In this document: positions 10,101-18,010 of the stretch, one piece after another | Position numbering within the stretch: position 1 is the stretch's first letter | How the letters are laid out: each line of letters begins with the position of its first letter | Notes under the pieces: model-generated | Told to the model about the DNA's origin: nothing | What the model saw: only the letters and a program-made list of their open reading frames with translations | Databases searched by the model: none | Translations under genes and position numbers: made by a program | Source of the DNA: Promethearchaeota archaeon | GTDB lineage: Archaea; Asgardarchaeota; Hermodarchaeia; Hermodarchaeales; Hermodarchaeaceae | Assembly: GCA_048938295.1 (NCBI GenBank) | Contig: JBHLMI010000008.1 | Span: 30,001-62,000 of the forward strand | Direction of reading: 5' to 3' | DNA length: 32,000 nt

Positions 10101-10584
10101 AGTTCAAACCCTTATGGACATTCGCGACATAGAACCTGACTTTCGTTCTGCCTTAGAAGCAGTCAAGCAGGCTTTTCCCAAGAAGACTATCCTCGTTGAT
10201 ACCAACATTCATCCTGAAGAATTCAAAGTCTTAGCAGATGACTTCCTTGTGGATTTATTTTACAATCTCCTACACAACGCGGTGAAATTTGATCACAATG
10301 AAAAAGTCGACCTTGAAGTGAAAATCTATCCTGACACGAATAAACGTTTCCTCCGTGTAGAAATCAGCGATCATGGTCCAGGAATCCCGGGTGACTTGAA
10401 AGAGCGGATTTTTGCCCGGTACACACAAAAGGTGGGTGAGAAAGCTCAGGGATCCGGTATCGGCTTAACACTTGTTCAACGCATCATCGATCGATTTGGA
10501 GGTCAAATCTGGGTCGAAGATCGGGTCAAGGATACCTATACCCAAGGTGCAAAATTCATTTTTCTCCTCCCAATGTGGACGTGA
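7192..10584 (+). CDS. Cytosolic multi-PAS sensor histidine kinase (7 PAS + HisKA + HATPase)
   Basis: Seven PAS repeats ending in DITE-type motifs; H-box AHDLNN, N-box NLLHNAVKF, G1 DHGPGIP, G2 GSGIGL; no TM segment. Confidence 0.95.
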   Translation: MSSYERDPNTVNGDDEPRFRLFFENAPLYCYMVSPQGIILDINKAALKVLGYTRTELIGKHIRSIYAPECEDKAKDLFISWENEGTITDEELIIQTKTGEQRIVLLNANAIHESDGSLAYSISIQQDITELRQKKDELKESQNALKKSEKEKSVILDNISEHVIFQDLENHIIWANRAAAESVNSSVEELVGKNCYEVWNQRDTPCIECPIVMARETGVIQEHEMRTPNGRVWHVRGYPLYDESDTLIGCVEVTRDITERTRVEEAYHKLVDQSIQGLLIIQNGKVAFANPAFLRISGYTEEEVLAFSPWQIFDIIHPDDRNVPWEQLQKIIQGEPVSTTMELRGILKDGTERWFELSLAVIEYQGQLSTQVTIMDIDERKMIEEAIRLERDWAQRYLDMAGVMFIAVDTKGNITLVNQKALEIFGYSEEEMIEQNYFDLCIPESLRAEMKGKFRANMAGEIEPRAFVENPIITKDGAERLVSWHTTMFYDPSGNPIGALTAGEDITERRFAENLLRKERDRAQQYLDMAGAAFIGVDRNQNIFLVNRKGCEIFSYSEAELYGQNYFDLCIPERLREEMKDRFERAMVGTFQLSEYVENPIKTKQGTERMILWHTTVLEDEEGNKTGILSSGEDITERKFAEEALRASEEKFRSLVEDTTDWVWEINREGRLVYSNSAVEDILGYTAGQIIGRSFFDYMDSTSVENGEVMFTETVEKQKPFKNLVDRFIHRDGNIVILEGSGRPVFDEQQHLIGYRGVCRDITERMRADQILRESESRYRSLVETSPDAITLTNPDGMIVLVNERAVQLLGFNNPGELRGRNCFDFIVPEERNRAIETLKSTKEHGPSVPLLFNLIQKDGKIFPAEISASLLIGAAGKASGYIIVARNITERKQAEQALREAKARSEFFTDLMAHDLNNINQAILSGIELQLMNPELPEELRTQLQLSLEQVERSAALIGRVKKFSGMDEVQTLMDIRDIEPDFRSALEAVKQAFPKKTILVDTNIHPEEFKVLADDFLVDLFYNLLHNAVKFDHNEKVDLEVKIYPDTNKRFLRVEISDHGPGIPGDLKERIFARYTQKVGEKAQGSGIGLTLVQRIIDRFGGQIWVEDRVKDTYTQGAKFIFLLPMWT
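8362..9135 (+). repeat. Intragenic tandem duplication of a 129-codon PAS unit
   Basis: RDWAQRYLDMAG (8362) and RDRAQQYLDMAG (8749) are 387 nt apart; both contain QNYFDLCIPE and VENPI. Confidence 0.85.
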
Positions 10585-10661
10585 TCCCAAGTTTACAATT
10601 TGGGATGAGAGATTAAGATGGTGTAAAACGAAGCGTAATAAGGAACTGGTGTGTAACACGC

Positions 10662-10877
10662 TTATTGTTTCCAGCGCCGCCGTGCTGCTAGCCAGCAAAT
10701 CAAGGTAAAAGCAAACAGAAAGACTCCAGTAAGCACTAACACCTCACCAAGAAACTGCAGGTTCAACAGAAAGGCTACGCCTCCTGCAACAAGGATGGTG
10801 AACCCAATCACAACAGAAAACCCGATCGCTAATCGAGATGAACCAGAAAAGGGTGTTGAGGACTCATCAGAAGACAT
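10662..10877 (-). CDS. Putative small 2-TM protein
   Basis: MSSDESSTP...LICWLAARRRWKQ; two hydrophobic helices, basic C-terminus; overlaps the possible 5' extension of the next gene. Confidence 0.45.
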   Translation of the reverse strand: MSSDESSTPFSGSSRLAIGFSVVIGFTILVAGGVAFLLNLQFLGEVLVLTGVFLFAFTLICWLAARRRWKQ

Positions 10878-11535
10878 GGAACGACCGACTCCAAGGGCCT
10901 TAATCTTATACTTGATAATTGCTGTCACTATAACCCTTTTAGTCTATTTCCTGCCCCAACCCTTCTTCCTTGCTATTCCAACTGCTATCGTCTCTGCTGG
11001 CTTACTCAGCTGGATGGGTATTCCATCCGTGGCTCTGGTCGATTGGATATCGGGAGTAGTTTATGTTTACGTGATTGGATTCCAATATTACCAAATTGTA
11101 CGGGAATGTACAGGCATCCAAGTAATTGCAGTGTTCATGGGTCTGATTCTTCCGCTGCCCCGTGGAACCTGGTCCAGGAAAATCCTTGCTGTTGTTGTTG
11201 TAACTATTCTTCTGTTTGTAGCCAACGTCTTACGAGTCGTTTTTGAAATCTGGCTCGTCTACATGGGGATTCTCCCCTGGGAACTTGCTCACTATCCCAT
11301 GAGTTTCGTTTTAGGAGTAGTAGGGGTCTTTGTCCTTTGTATCGTGGCCATTTTTCTGGTACCAGGCTTTATCGAAACCTTTGAAGATATGATTTACTAC
11401 CTTTTTCCACCAAAACCCAAGAACAGCGATGCAGTCGAATCATCAAACACAGAAAAGTCTCCTAGCAATTTTAAAAAACCAAGCCCAAACCCGATGAGAC
11501 TAAAAATCAGTAGAGGGTTCGGTTTATACTTCTAA
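10795..11535 (+). CDS. Archaeosortase/exosortase family protein (start 10795 or 10876)
   Basis: Multi-TM with Cys (IVRECTG), Arg (NVLR) and His (AHY) triad pattern. Confidence 0.8.
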   Translation: MVNPITTENPIANRDEPEKGVEDSSEDMERPTPRALILYLIIAVTITLLVYFLPQPFFLAIPTAIVSAGLLSWMGIPSVALVDWISGVVYVYVIGFQYYQIVRECTGIQVIAVFMGLILPLPRGTWSRKILAVVVVTILLFVANVLRVVFEIWLVYMGILPWELAHYPMSFVLGVVGVFVLCIVAIFLVPGFIETFEDMIYYLFPPKPKNSDAVESSNTEKSPSNFKKPSPNPMRLKISRGFGLYF

Positions 11536-11547
11536 AGGCGCATTGGC

Positions 11548-12231
11548 TTATTTTTCAGCCCATTGCAATGGCTTGGTTTCATTATAGATTAACCATCGAG
11601 TATCCACCCGAGTACCTCGAAGATGATGTAACCGAATTTTGTGTCTGAGCTGGCTTTTGTCTTCTTCATCACAGATTTCTATAACACCATCCACGGAGAA
11701 TCGCAAAGTTGCTACTACATCGTTTGTATGAACTCCTTCCTCAAGAAGGTAGATTCCAGTTACGCCACGATCCTTCACCCGAGCACAGAGGACTTGGAGG
11801 AATTTTATAACGGATAGTGGTGCTGAATAAGTCATCAAAGTTGTCAAGTTATCAAGGCAGAGGTGACCATTCTCAAGGTCAGCAATCGCTTGAAGAAGGA
11901 GTAAACTAATTGTATTCAGGTCATAGAGATTCTGAAATGAATACGGTTCTTTAGAGGGTTGAGCTGTAACACAAGAAACCCCATCAGCTATCCGAAGCTG
12001 GGAGGCTACTGGCTTTCCTCCGATTTGGCTAAGAGTCTGGCGTATTTGGGCAGGGGACCAGAGAGTCGTAGCAAAAACGGCGGGTTCTTTTACCTTTAGC
12101 CGATCAGCTAAATAGCGTAGAGCAAGGGTAGTTTTCACCACACCAGGAGGTCCAATGAGAAGTAGTTGTGATCCCCTTGGAAGCTCAAAAGCACCCTGGG
12201 GAACAAATGTTGGACTAATAAGGTCAATCAC
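11548..12231 (-). CDS. RAD55/KaiC-like ATPase, predicted inactive
   Basis: Walker A GPPGVVKT (G to V), catalytic EE replaced by LW, Walker B LCLDN, HLRG finger retained. Confidence 0.85.
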   Translation of the reverse strand: MIDLISPTFVPQGAFELPRGSQLLLIGPPGVVKTTLALRYLADRLKVKEPAVFATTLWSPAQIRQTLSQIGGKPVASQLRIADGVSCVTAQPSKEPYSFQNLYDLNTISLLLLQAIADLENGHLCLDNLTTLMTYSAPLSVIKFLQVLCARVKDRGVTGIYLLEEGVHTNDVVATLRFSVDGVIEICDEEDKSQLRHKIRLHHLRGTRVDTRWLIYNETKPLQWAEK

Positions 12232-12931
12232 TATCGATTCCTCCTTGCAGGTATAGTCCTTCTTTCCCGACCTTCATTTCGTACCATTTTGTCTCATGCT
12301 GCACTCCAATTAGACTATATATACGGAGAAACCAGTCAAGTGAGCCCTTTGGTTCAGCAACAGTCTTGGTATGAATTGACCCTTGAACCAAGGATCGAAG
12401 ATTTGTGGTCAGTTTGGCATCATGGGCTTGGTCTTCTAAGACGAGGATGAGAATTTTGTTGAGAGTAATGATGCGCTGTGCGATACTGTGAACAAAAGTC
12501 CGGATGCGTTGTTCATCAGGAGCAGACAGACTAAGTCCTGAAACCGAATCGATGATGATAACCGAACCCGGTTTCAAAAGCTTTGCTTGATCAATCATTA
12601 TTAGATTGACTTCGTTCAGATTTCCGGGATTATTAATTCGATTAAAGGCAAAGGGATCAGTGTGCATTCCAATTCTCCAGCTATAAGCGTCCACAAAATA
12701 GATGGGGAGTTTCCCCGGCTGAGCGGGGAACGGAATTCCAAAACCACGAGCTTGCTGGACAAGTGTGGAAGGTGTGTTTTCTGTGGAAAGATACAGGACA
12801 TCAAGTCCATTATTCGCTGTATCCAATGCAAATTGGAGACTAAAACATGTTTTACCCGACCCTGGTTGTCCAACTAGGACGATACTCGTTCCTTTTGGGA
12901 GCCCACCCTGTAGGATTGGGTCGAGGATCAC
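12224..12931 (-). CDS. RAD55/KaiC-like ATPase lacking the Arg finger
   Basis: GGLPKG, Walker A GQPGSGKT, STEN, Walker B IIIDS; KMRG replaced by SLIG; GTG start after GAGGGG. Confidence 0.9.
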   Translation of the reverse strand: MILDPILQGGLPKGTSIVLVGQPGSGKTCFSLQFALDTANNGLDVLYLSTENTPSTLVQQARGFGIPFPAQPGKLPIYFVDAYSWRIGMHTDPFAFNRINNPGNLNEVNLIMIDQAKLLKPGSVIIIDSVSGLSLSAPDEQRIRTFVHSIAQRIITLNKILILVLEDQAHDAKLTTNLRSLVQGSIHTKTVAEPKGSLDWFLRIYSLIGVQHETKWYEMKVGKEGLYLQGGIDSD

Positions 12932-13126
12932 GATAGCCCCCTCTGTTCTCTTATTCGCACCTCAGATTGGCTCTGTAGCCAAGTTCATAATCTAGCTCTC
13001 CTGAATGGGAATAAAGCTTTTGGGAAGTCTGTAGTTGTTCATGGTTATATTGAGGAGAGACGGAAACCTCTTAAGCCATCATCTTGGTACTTGAATAGTA
13101 GGAGACTTACTAATCGGGGGATTAGT

Positions 13127-13867
13127 GTGGCTGAAAAGACAAAATCAGGTATACCAGGCTTAGATGAAGCATTGCATGGTGGATTTCCCACAGGCTCAGT
13201 GATTCTAATTAGTGGTGGACCGGGTACCGGCAAATCCATTCTACTAAACCAGTTTCTCTTCAATGGTGCGTCACAATTCAAGGAACCTGGGATCCTCGTC
13301 TCTATGGAAGAGTCACTCGCGTCGACGATTAGGAACATGAAACAATTTGGTTGGGATATGCAAGAACTCATGGATAAAGGCTTAATCGCCTTGGTCGATG
13401 CTTCGCCAATGATACAGAATGAACGTATTGTTCTCAAACCTGAGCACCCTGTTCTTGGACGAGAAGAATTTACAATGGAATCACTACTGTCCTTGATACA
13501 TCGTGAAATTCGACGCGTGAAAGCCAAACGTGTGGCCATCGACTCGATTTCGACCCTAACCCTCCAACACAAAGACCTCTTCCGGATTCGACACGACCTG
13601 CTTAACATGGTTCGTTCCCTTCGAATGAGTCAAGCCACCTGCTTGGTGGCAGTGGAAAGCCCCAACGAAGATAGCATCGGACGATTTGACGTCGAAGGCT
13701 TCCTTATGGACGGAGTCATTATGATGAAACTCATGAGCCAGGGAGCGATCCGCATACGAACTATCGAAATTAACAAAATGCGTGGAACAAACCATCAAAT
13801 GAATCCCCTACTCCTCATAATTGGAGAAAAAGGCATTCAAGTCTCCGACCTACCACCCATTCAATAA
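13127..13867 (+). CDS. Single-domain KaiC/RAD55-like ATPase, catalytically intact
   Basis: SGIPGLD...GG, GGPGTGKS, SMEES, VAIDS, KMRG; GTG start at 13127 after GGGGG. Confidence 0.93.
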   Translation: MAEKTKSGIPGLDEALHGGFPTGSVILISGGPGTGKSILLNQFLFNGASQFKEPGILVSMEESLASTIRNMKQFGWDMQELMDKGLIALVDASPMIQNERIVLKPEHPVLGREEFTMESLLSLIHREIRRVKAKRVAIDSISTLTLQHKDLFRIRHDLLNMVRSLRMSQATCLVAVESPNEDSIGRFDVEGFLMDGVIMMKLMSQGAIRIRTIEINKMRGTNHQMNPLLLIIGEKGIQVSDLPPIQ

Positions 13868-13964
13868 CCTCGATGAAAAATACCAGAATGAACCGACTAG
13901 CTTAAATCTCAACAAATGAAAGGAAATACCTGAGGGAAAAATCAACTGGGTTTGGTGACAAAAA

Positions 13965-14504
13965 ATGCGCCCCCAAAGCAGCCGTTACATGTTCAAGGTT
14001 TCGGTAATTGGCGATTACGCCGTGGGAAAAACCTCCCTAATTAAACGTTATATGACGGATTCCTTTGATGAAGGGTATAAAGCAACTCTTGGCGCTGCTA
14101 TTTCCTCGTTCCAAACCAGCGTAAAGGGATCTGATGTCGCGCTGCAAGTTTGGGATCTAGCAGGCCAAACCTCCTTCCGTAGAGTTCGGGTACAATATCT
14201 ATTCGGCACTGATTTCGCGATCGTGGTATTCGATTTAACAAGAAAAGATTCTTTGGACTGTGTTAAAGAATGGGTGAGTGATGTAAGGCAGGGTGCGCCT
14301 GAAGTACTCCTATTCCTTGTTGGTAATAAGGCAGATTTGAAGGAAGATCGAGTGGTGAACCCTGTGGCTGCTGAGAAAGTCGGAAAAAGTTTGAATATGC
14401 TTGGCTACCTTGAGACCTCCGCAAAGGAAGGAACCAATGTCAAAGAACTCTTTCACATCATTTCCGAATACCTCTTAGAACATACATTCACTGTAATAAA
14501 ATGA
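13965..14504 (+). CDS. Rab-like small GTPase (Ras superfamily)
   Basis: G1 GDYAVGKTS, G2 T (KATLG), G3 WDLAGQ, G4 NKAD, G5 ETSAK; no C-terminal Cys. Confidence 0.95.
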   Translation: MRPQSSRYMFKVSVIGDYAVGKTSLIKRYMTDSFDEGYKATLGAAISSFQTSVKGSDVALQVWDLAGQTSFRRVRVQYLFGTDFAIVVFDLTRKDSLDCVKEWVSDVRQGAPEVLLFLVGNKADLKEDRVVNPVAAEKVGKSLNMLGYLETSAKEGTNVKELFHIISEYLLEHTFTVIK

Positions 14505-15979
14505 CAAAAAAGGTGCTCGAACGCGTGACACTCCCAAGGGAAATCACTGAATTCCTGAACGAGGAACAGGGACAAACTCTACTCATCAAAGGAAAATCAG
14601 GAACTGGAAAATCCACACTAGCCTTATCCTTACTTGGTCATCTAGCCGAGACCCTACCTAAGAAATTCAGTGTTGAAAACTTTGTGTACCTTTCAACGCG
14701 TGTTGCAAGCTCGAGTCTGAAATCCCAATTTCCTTGGGCGTTTCAATTGCTTTCAGAAAATCAAATCATCGATGCGACACCATCGCTCATGGGGCTTCCT
14801 GAAACCACCTTAGCGTGTGGGGAGTCATCTAACAATCGGATGGTGTACTCCGATGAGTTGACGTTCATTAGCGCAGTAAATGATCGATTGCGGAACTTGA
14901 CCAATCCTGTGTGTGTCATTGACTCATTTGATGCGATTATCGAAGCCGCGCAAGCTGACCCCCAGCGCCTGACAAGCGCATTAACGAATCTTGGTCGCAT
15001 CCTATGCGGTAAAATCATTCTTATTGTCGAAGGTATTGAGGAGTCGACGTTAGATCATATAGTCGATGGTATTGTATGCGTCACTAAGGAATTCACGGCA
15101 GAGCGGATGTGGCGTAGTCTTCGGCTAATCAAGCTCCGTGGTACGCCAATTGATCAAAGTATGCGAGGATTTTCTCTTCGGGGGAGTCGTTTTACCATTT
15201 TGCATTCATTTGATGCAGAACAAGCCAACCGCGTATCAGATTTCGAGGTCATCGCCCACTCTGGTGGTCGATTTTCGTCAGGAGTCCCAGAACTAGATAC
15301 GGTTTTTGGCGGTTTCAGACGAGGAAGCACATTCTTCATTGATGTCGCCGAAGGCGTCGCCAACGAAACGGTTCACAGTCTAATCTTCAGCATGGTGGCG
15401 AACTTCCTACGCCAAGACAGCGGTGTTGTCATTGTTCCACCAAACAAACTGAGCTTCCGGCGACTCAAAGCAGCCTCACTTCGCTACGGATTTGTCGACC
15501 AACTCAACACACGCCTCCGCTTCTTCGCAAGTGCAGCGACTAGCCTAGGCGTTTCTAGTGCAACTGGAGAACTTGGTGAACCATATTACAAAACCGTGGC
15601 ATTCCGTGAAAGCTCTGATCTTGAGAATGCTTGGAGTATGGTGGTAGAAGAACTCAGAAATCAAGGGTGCAAAAACTTACTAAGCGTAGTAGGCTTTGGT
15701 TGGTTGCATTCATGGTTAGGCCCAACCGAATTACCACGTTGGGCTACGCGGATTGCCAATGATACCGCTACGGAAAGTAACCTAGCAGTCACCATAGGCT
15801 ATAGCAGTACAAAGGATATAAACCGATATCTGGCAGATTTAGCAGACATTCACGTTCAGTTAGCAGTAAAGGAAGGAGTCACAGTCTTTCATGGAATCAA
15901 TCCCTCGACTCCTCAATACTGCATCTACACACACCTTGTGGAGGGAAACCCACAAATTGGCTTCCAAGAAATCGGATAA
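14501..15979 (+). CDS. GvpD-like tandem RecA/RAD55-fold protein (N-domain with intact P-loop, degenerate C-domain)
   Basis: TLPREITEFL...TLLIKGKSGTGKS, VIDS, KLRG; second domain SSGVPELD..GG without P-loop; ATGA overlap with the GTPase. Confidence 0.75.
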   Translation: MTKKVLERVTLPREITEFLNEEQGQTLLIKGKSGTGKSTLALSLLGHLAETLPKKFSVENFVYLSTRVASSSLKSQFPWAFQLLSENQIIDATPSLMGLPETTLACGESSNNRMVYSDELTFISAVNDRLRNLTNPVCVIDSFDAIIEAAQADPQRLTSALTNLGRILCGKIILIVEGIEESTLDHIVDGIVCVTKEFTAERMWRSLRLIKLRGTPIDQSMRGFSLRGSRFTILHSFDAEQANRVSDFEVIAHSGGRFSSGVPELDTVFGGFRRGSTFFIDVAEGVANETVHSLIFSMVANFLRQDSGVVIVPPNKLSFRRLKAASLRYGFVDQLNTRLRFFASAATSLGVSSATGELGEPYYKTVAFRESSDLENAWSMVVEELRNQGCKNLLSVVGFGWLHSWLGPTELPRWATRIANDTATESNLAVTIGYSSTKDINRYLADLADIHVQLAVKEGVTVFHGINPSTPQYCIYTHLVEGNPQIGFQEIG

Positions 15980-16337
15980 GATTCGCATCCTATTAGCAGA
16001 TGATTCACCACACTTTCTCCGTTCAGCTCAGCTACTCCTTCGTGACTATGATATTGAAACTGCACTTGATGGGGAAGAGGCTCTCGCTAAACTTAAGGCT
16101 AATCCACCAGACATCTTCTTCGTGGACCTAGTACTGCCAAAAATTCGGGGTACCGACCTCATTCGCCTAGTCTCAAAGGAGTACCCTGACATTGCCATTG
16201 TCGCTTTGACTGCTATCGATGATCATGAAACTGTACAAGAAGTCATGGATTTAGGTGCAAAAGGTTATCTGATTAAGCCTGTATCATCGGATACCTTCAA
16301 GACAGAAATCAAGAAACATACCGAGTCTAGCGATTAA
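15957..16337 (+). CDS. Stand-alone response regulator receiver
   Basis: ADDS, phosphoacceptor VDL, ALT, IKP; probable TTG start at 15957 after GGAGGG, overlapping upstream stop. Confidence 0.92.
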   Translation: MASKKSDKIRILLADDSPHFLRSAQLLLRDYDIETALDGEEALAKLKANPPDIFFVDLVLPKIRGTDLIRLVSKEYPDIAIVALTAIDDHETVQEVMDLGAKGYLIKPVSSDTFKTEIKKHTESSD

Positions 16338-16348
16338 TCACTTAATAT

Positions 16349-16738
16349 CTACTTGAGGTCCTCGATGGTTCGTCCAGTCTTTTTGAGATATTCTTCAATG
16401 GCTTTATGTAGACCATCTGCAGCCAAGTTAGAGCAGTGCATTTTGATTGGAGGGAGGCCTTCGAGATTATCTGCGACGTCGCTACGGGTTATCTGGTAGG
16501 CTTCTTTTAGAGTCTTGCCCTTTGTGATTTCAGTCACCATGCTCGAAGTGGCGATGGCGGCTGCACATCCAAAGGTCTTGAAGCTGATATCAGTGATGAT
16601 ATCATCTTTAACTTTGATGTAAATCCAGATGAGGTCTCCACACGTTGGGTTCCCAACTTTTCCTATTGCATCGGCATCTTCCATTTCTCCCATATTTCGT
16701 GGATGGGTGAAATGTTCCATTACTTTTTCACTGTACAT
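16349..16738 (-). CDS. iscU: Fe-S scaffold IscU/NifU
   Basis: GNPTCGD, FGCAAAIA, LPPIKMHCS. Confidence 0.97.
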   Translation of the reverse strand: MYSEKVMEHFTHPRNMGEMEDADAIGKVGNPTCGDLIWIYIKVKDDIITDISFKTFGCAAAIATSSMVTEITKGKTLKEAYQITRSDVADNLEGLPPIKMHCSNLAADGLHKAIEEYLKKTGRTIEDLK

Positions 16739-16764
16739 TTTTGGTTCATCTCCTTTTCTGGTGC

Positions 16765-17976
16765 TTAATGGTGATGTTCATGCTCTTCGTCTTCGAAGAG
16801 TTCATAGGGTACATCCTTTGAAAGTGGTGACATTGCCCTTAGTTTTTTGACGATTGGCGGAAGCACTTCGACAAATCGATCGACTTGTACTTGAGTGTTT
16901 TCACGTCCAAGCGTGAGTTGGAGAGCGCCATGGGCTTCAGCTTCGGATACACCCATGCTGATTAAGCAATGAGAGGGTGCAAGTGTCCTAGAGGTACAGG
17001 CGGAGCTGGTAGCAACCAGAAAGCCCTGGAAACTCAGATGCAGAGTTATTGACTCGCCCTCAATATAGCTAAACCGGATGTTAGCGTTATTCGGTAATCG
17101 TTTTGTCGGATGTCCATTTAGATAAGCCTCATCAATTTCGTCGAGTACCCCTTTTATCAAGCTATCGCGTAGCTTTGAGAGGTGCTTAGCATCTTCTGGT
17201 TGCTGCTTTGTTGCAATCTCAGCAGCCTGTCCCATTCCAACAATCCCCGGGACATTTTCTGATCCTGATCGGATTCCATATTCTTGTCCTCCACCGAGGA
17301 TGATGGTTTGAACTGCATTGCCTTTCTTTACGAAAAGAGCACCGACGCCTTTGGGACCATAAAGATCATTTGAAGAAAGCGTCAGTAAGGAAATGTTCTG
17401 TTCAGAGACGTTAATGGGAATTTGACCTGCACTAGCGACAGCATCCACGTGTAGTGGAATATCAGCCGTTGAGGCGATTTTTCCAATTTCAGCTAATGGC
17501 TGGATTGTACCAACTTCATTATTGGCGTGTTGAATTGAAATGAGTATGGTATGGTCAGTTATAGCCTCTTTGAGGGCGGTTGTGTCCACTAACCCATATT
17601 TGTCAACAGGCACCAGGGTCGATTCAAAACCCTGTTTGTTAAGAAACTTCATAGTGTTGATGATGCTAAGGTGCTCAACCTGTGAGATGATGATGTGATT
17701 CCCTTTTCGGCGGTGAAGATAAGCATAGCCTTGCAGTGCTAAATTGTTGGCCTCTGTGGCTCCACTGGTGAAGATAATACGATCCTTCGCATCCGCACCA
17801 ATTAGTTGCGCCACTTGAACCCGGGCATTCTCAACAGCCTTTGCTGATTGTTGCCCTACCATATGCACGGAACCCGGATTTCCATAGTATGTGCGGAAAT
17901 ACGGTTGCATAGCTGCAAGGACTCGTTCATCGACCGGGACTCCAGCACTATGATTGAAGTTGACCTGTTCGACCAT
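16765..17976 (-). CDS. iscS: IscS-family protein with PLP Lys replaced by Asp
   Basis: FTSGATEANN, HANNEVG, SSNDLYGPKG, SSACTS; probable ATG at 17976. Confidence 0.93.
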   Translation of the reverse strand: MVEQVNFNHSAGVPVDERVLAAMQPYFRTYYGNPGSVHMVGQQSAKAVENARVQVAQLIGADAKDRIIFTSGATEANNLALQGYAYLHRRKGNHIIISQVEHLSIINTMKFLNKQGFESTLVPVDKYGLVDTTALKEAITDHTILISIQHANNEVGTIQPLAEIGKIASTADIPLHVDAVASAGQIPINVSEQNISLLTLSSNDLYGPKGVGALFVKKGNAVQTIILGGGQEYGIRSGSENVPGIVGMGQAAEIATKQQPEDAKHLSKLRDSLIKGVLDEIDEAYLNGHPTKRLPNNANIRFSYIEGESITLHLSFQGFLVATSSACTSRTLAPSHCLISMGVSEAEAHGALQLTLGRENTQVQVDRFVEVLPPIVKKLRAMSPLSKDVPYELFEDEEHEHHH

Positions 17977-18010
17977 ATTACATCTCTCCAAATTACTCGT
18001 TTATTAACCG

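Noticed and set aside
11548-15979. Circadian kaiABC clock
   Set aside because: The KaiC-like proteins are single-domain, the Ser/Thr phosphosite pair is not evident, and no kaiA or kaiB is present
14501-15979. Gas vesicle gene cluster
   Set aside because: Only a GvpD-like fold; no gvpA or other gvp genes in the window
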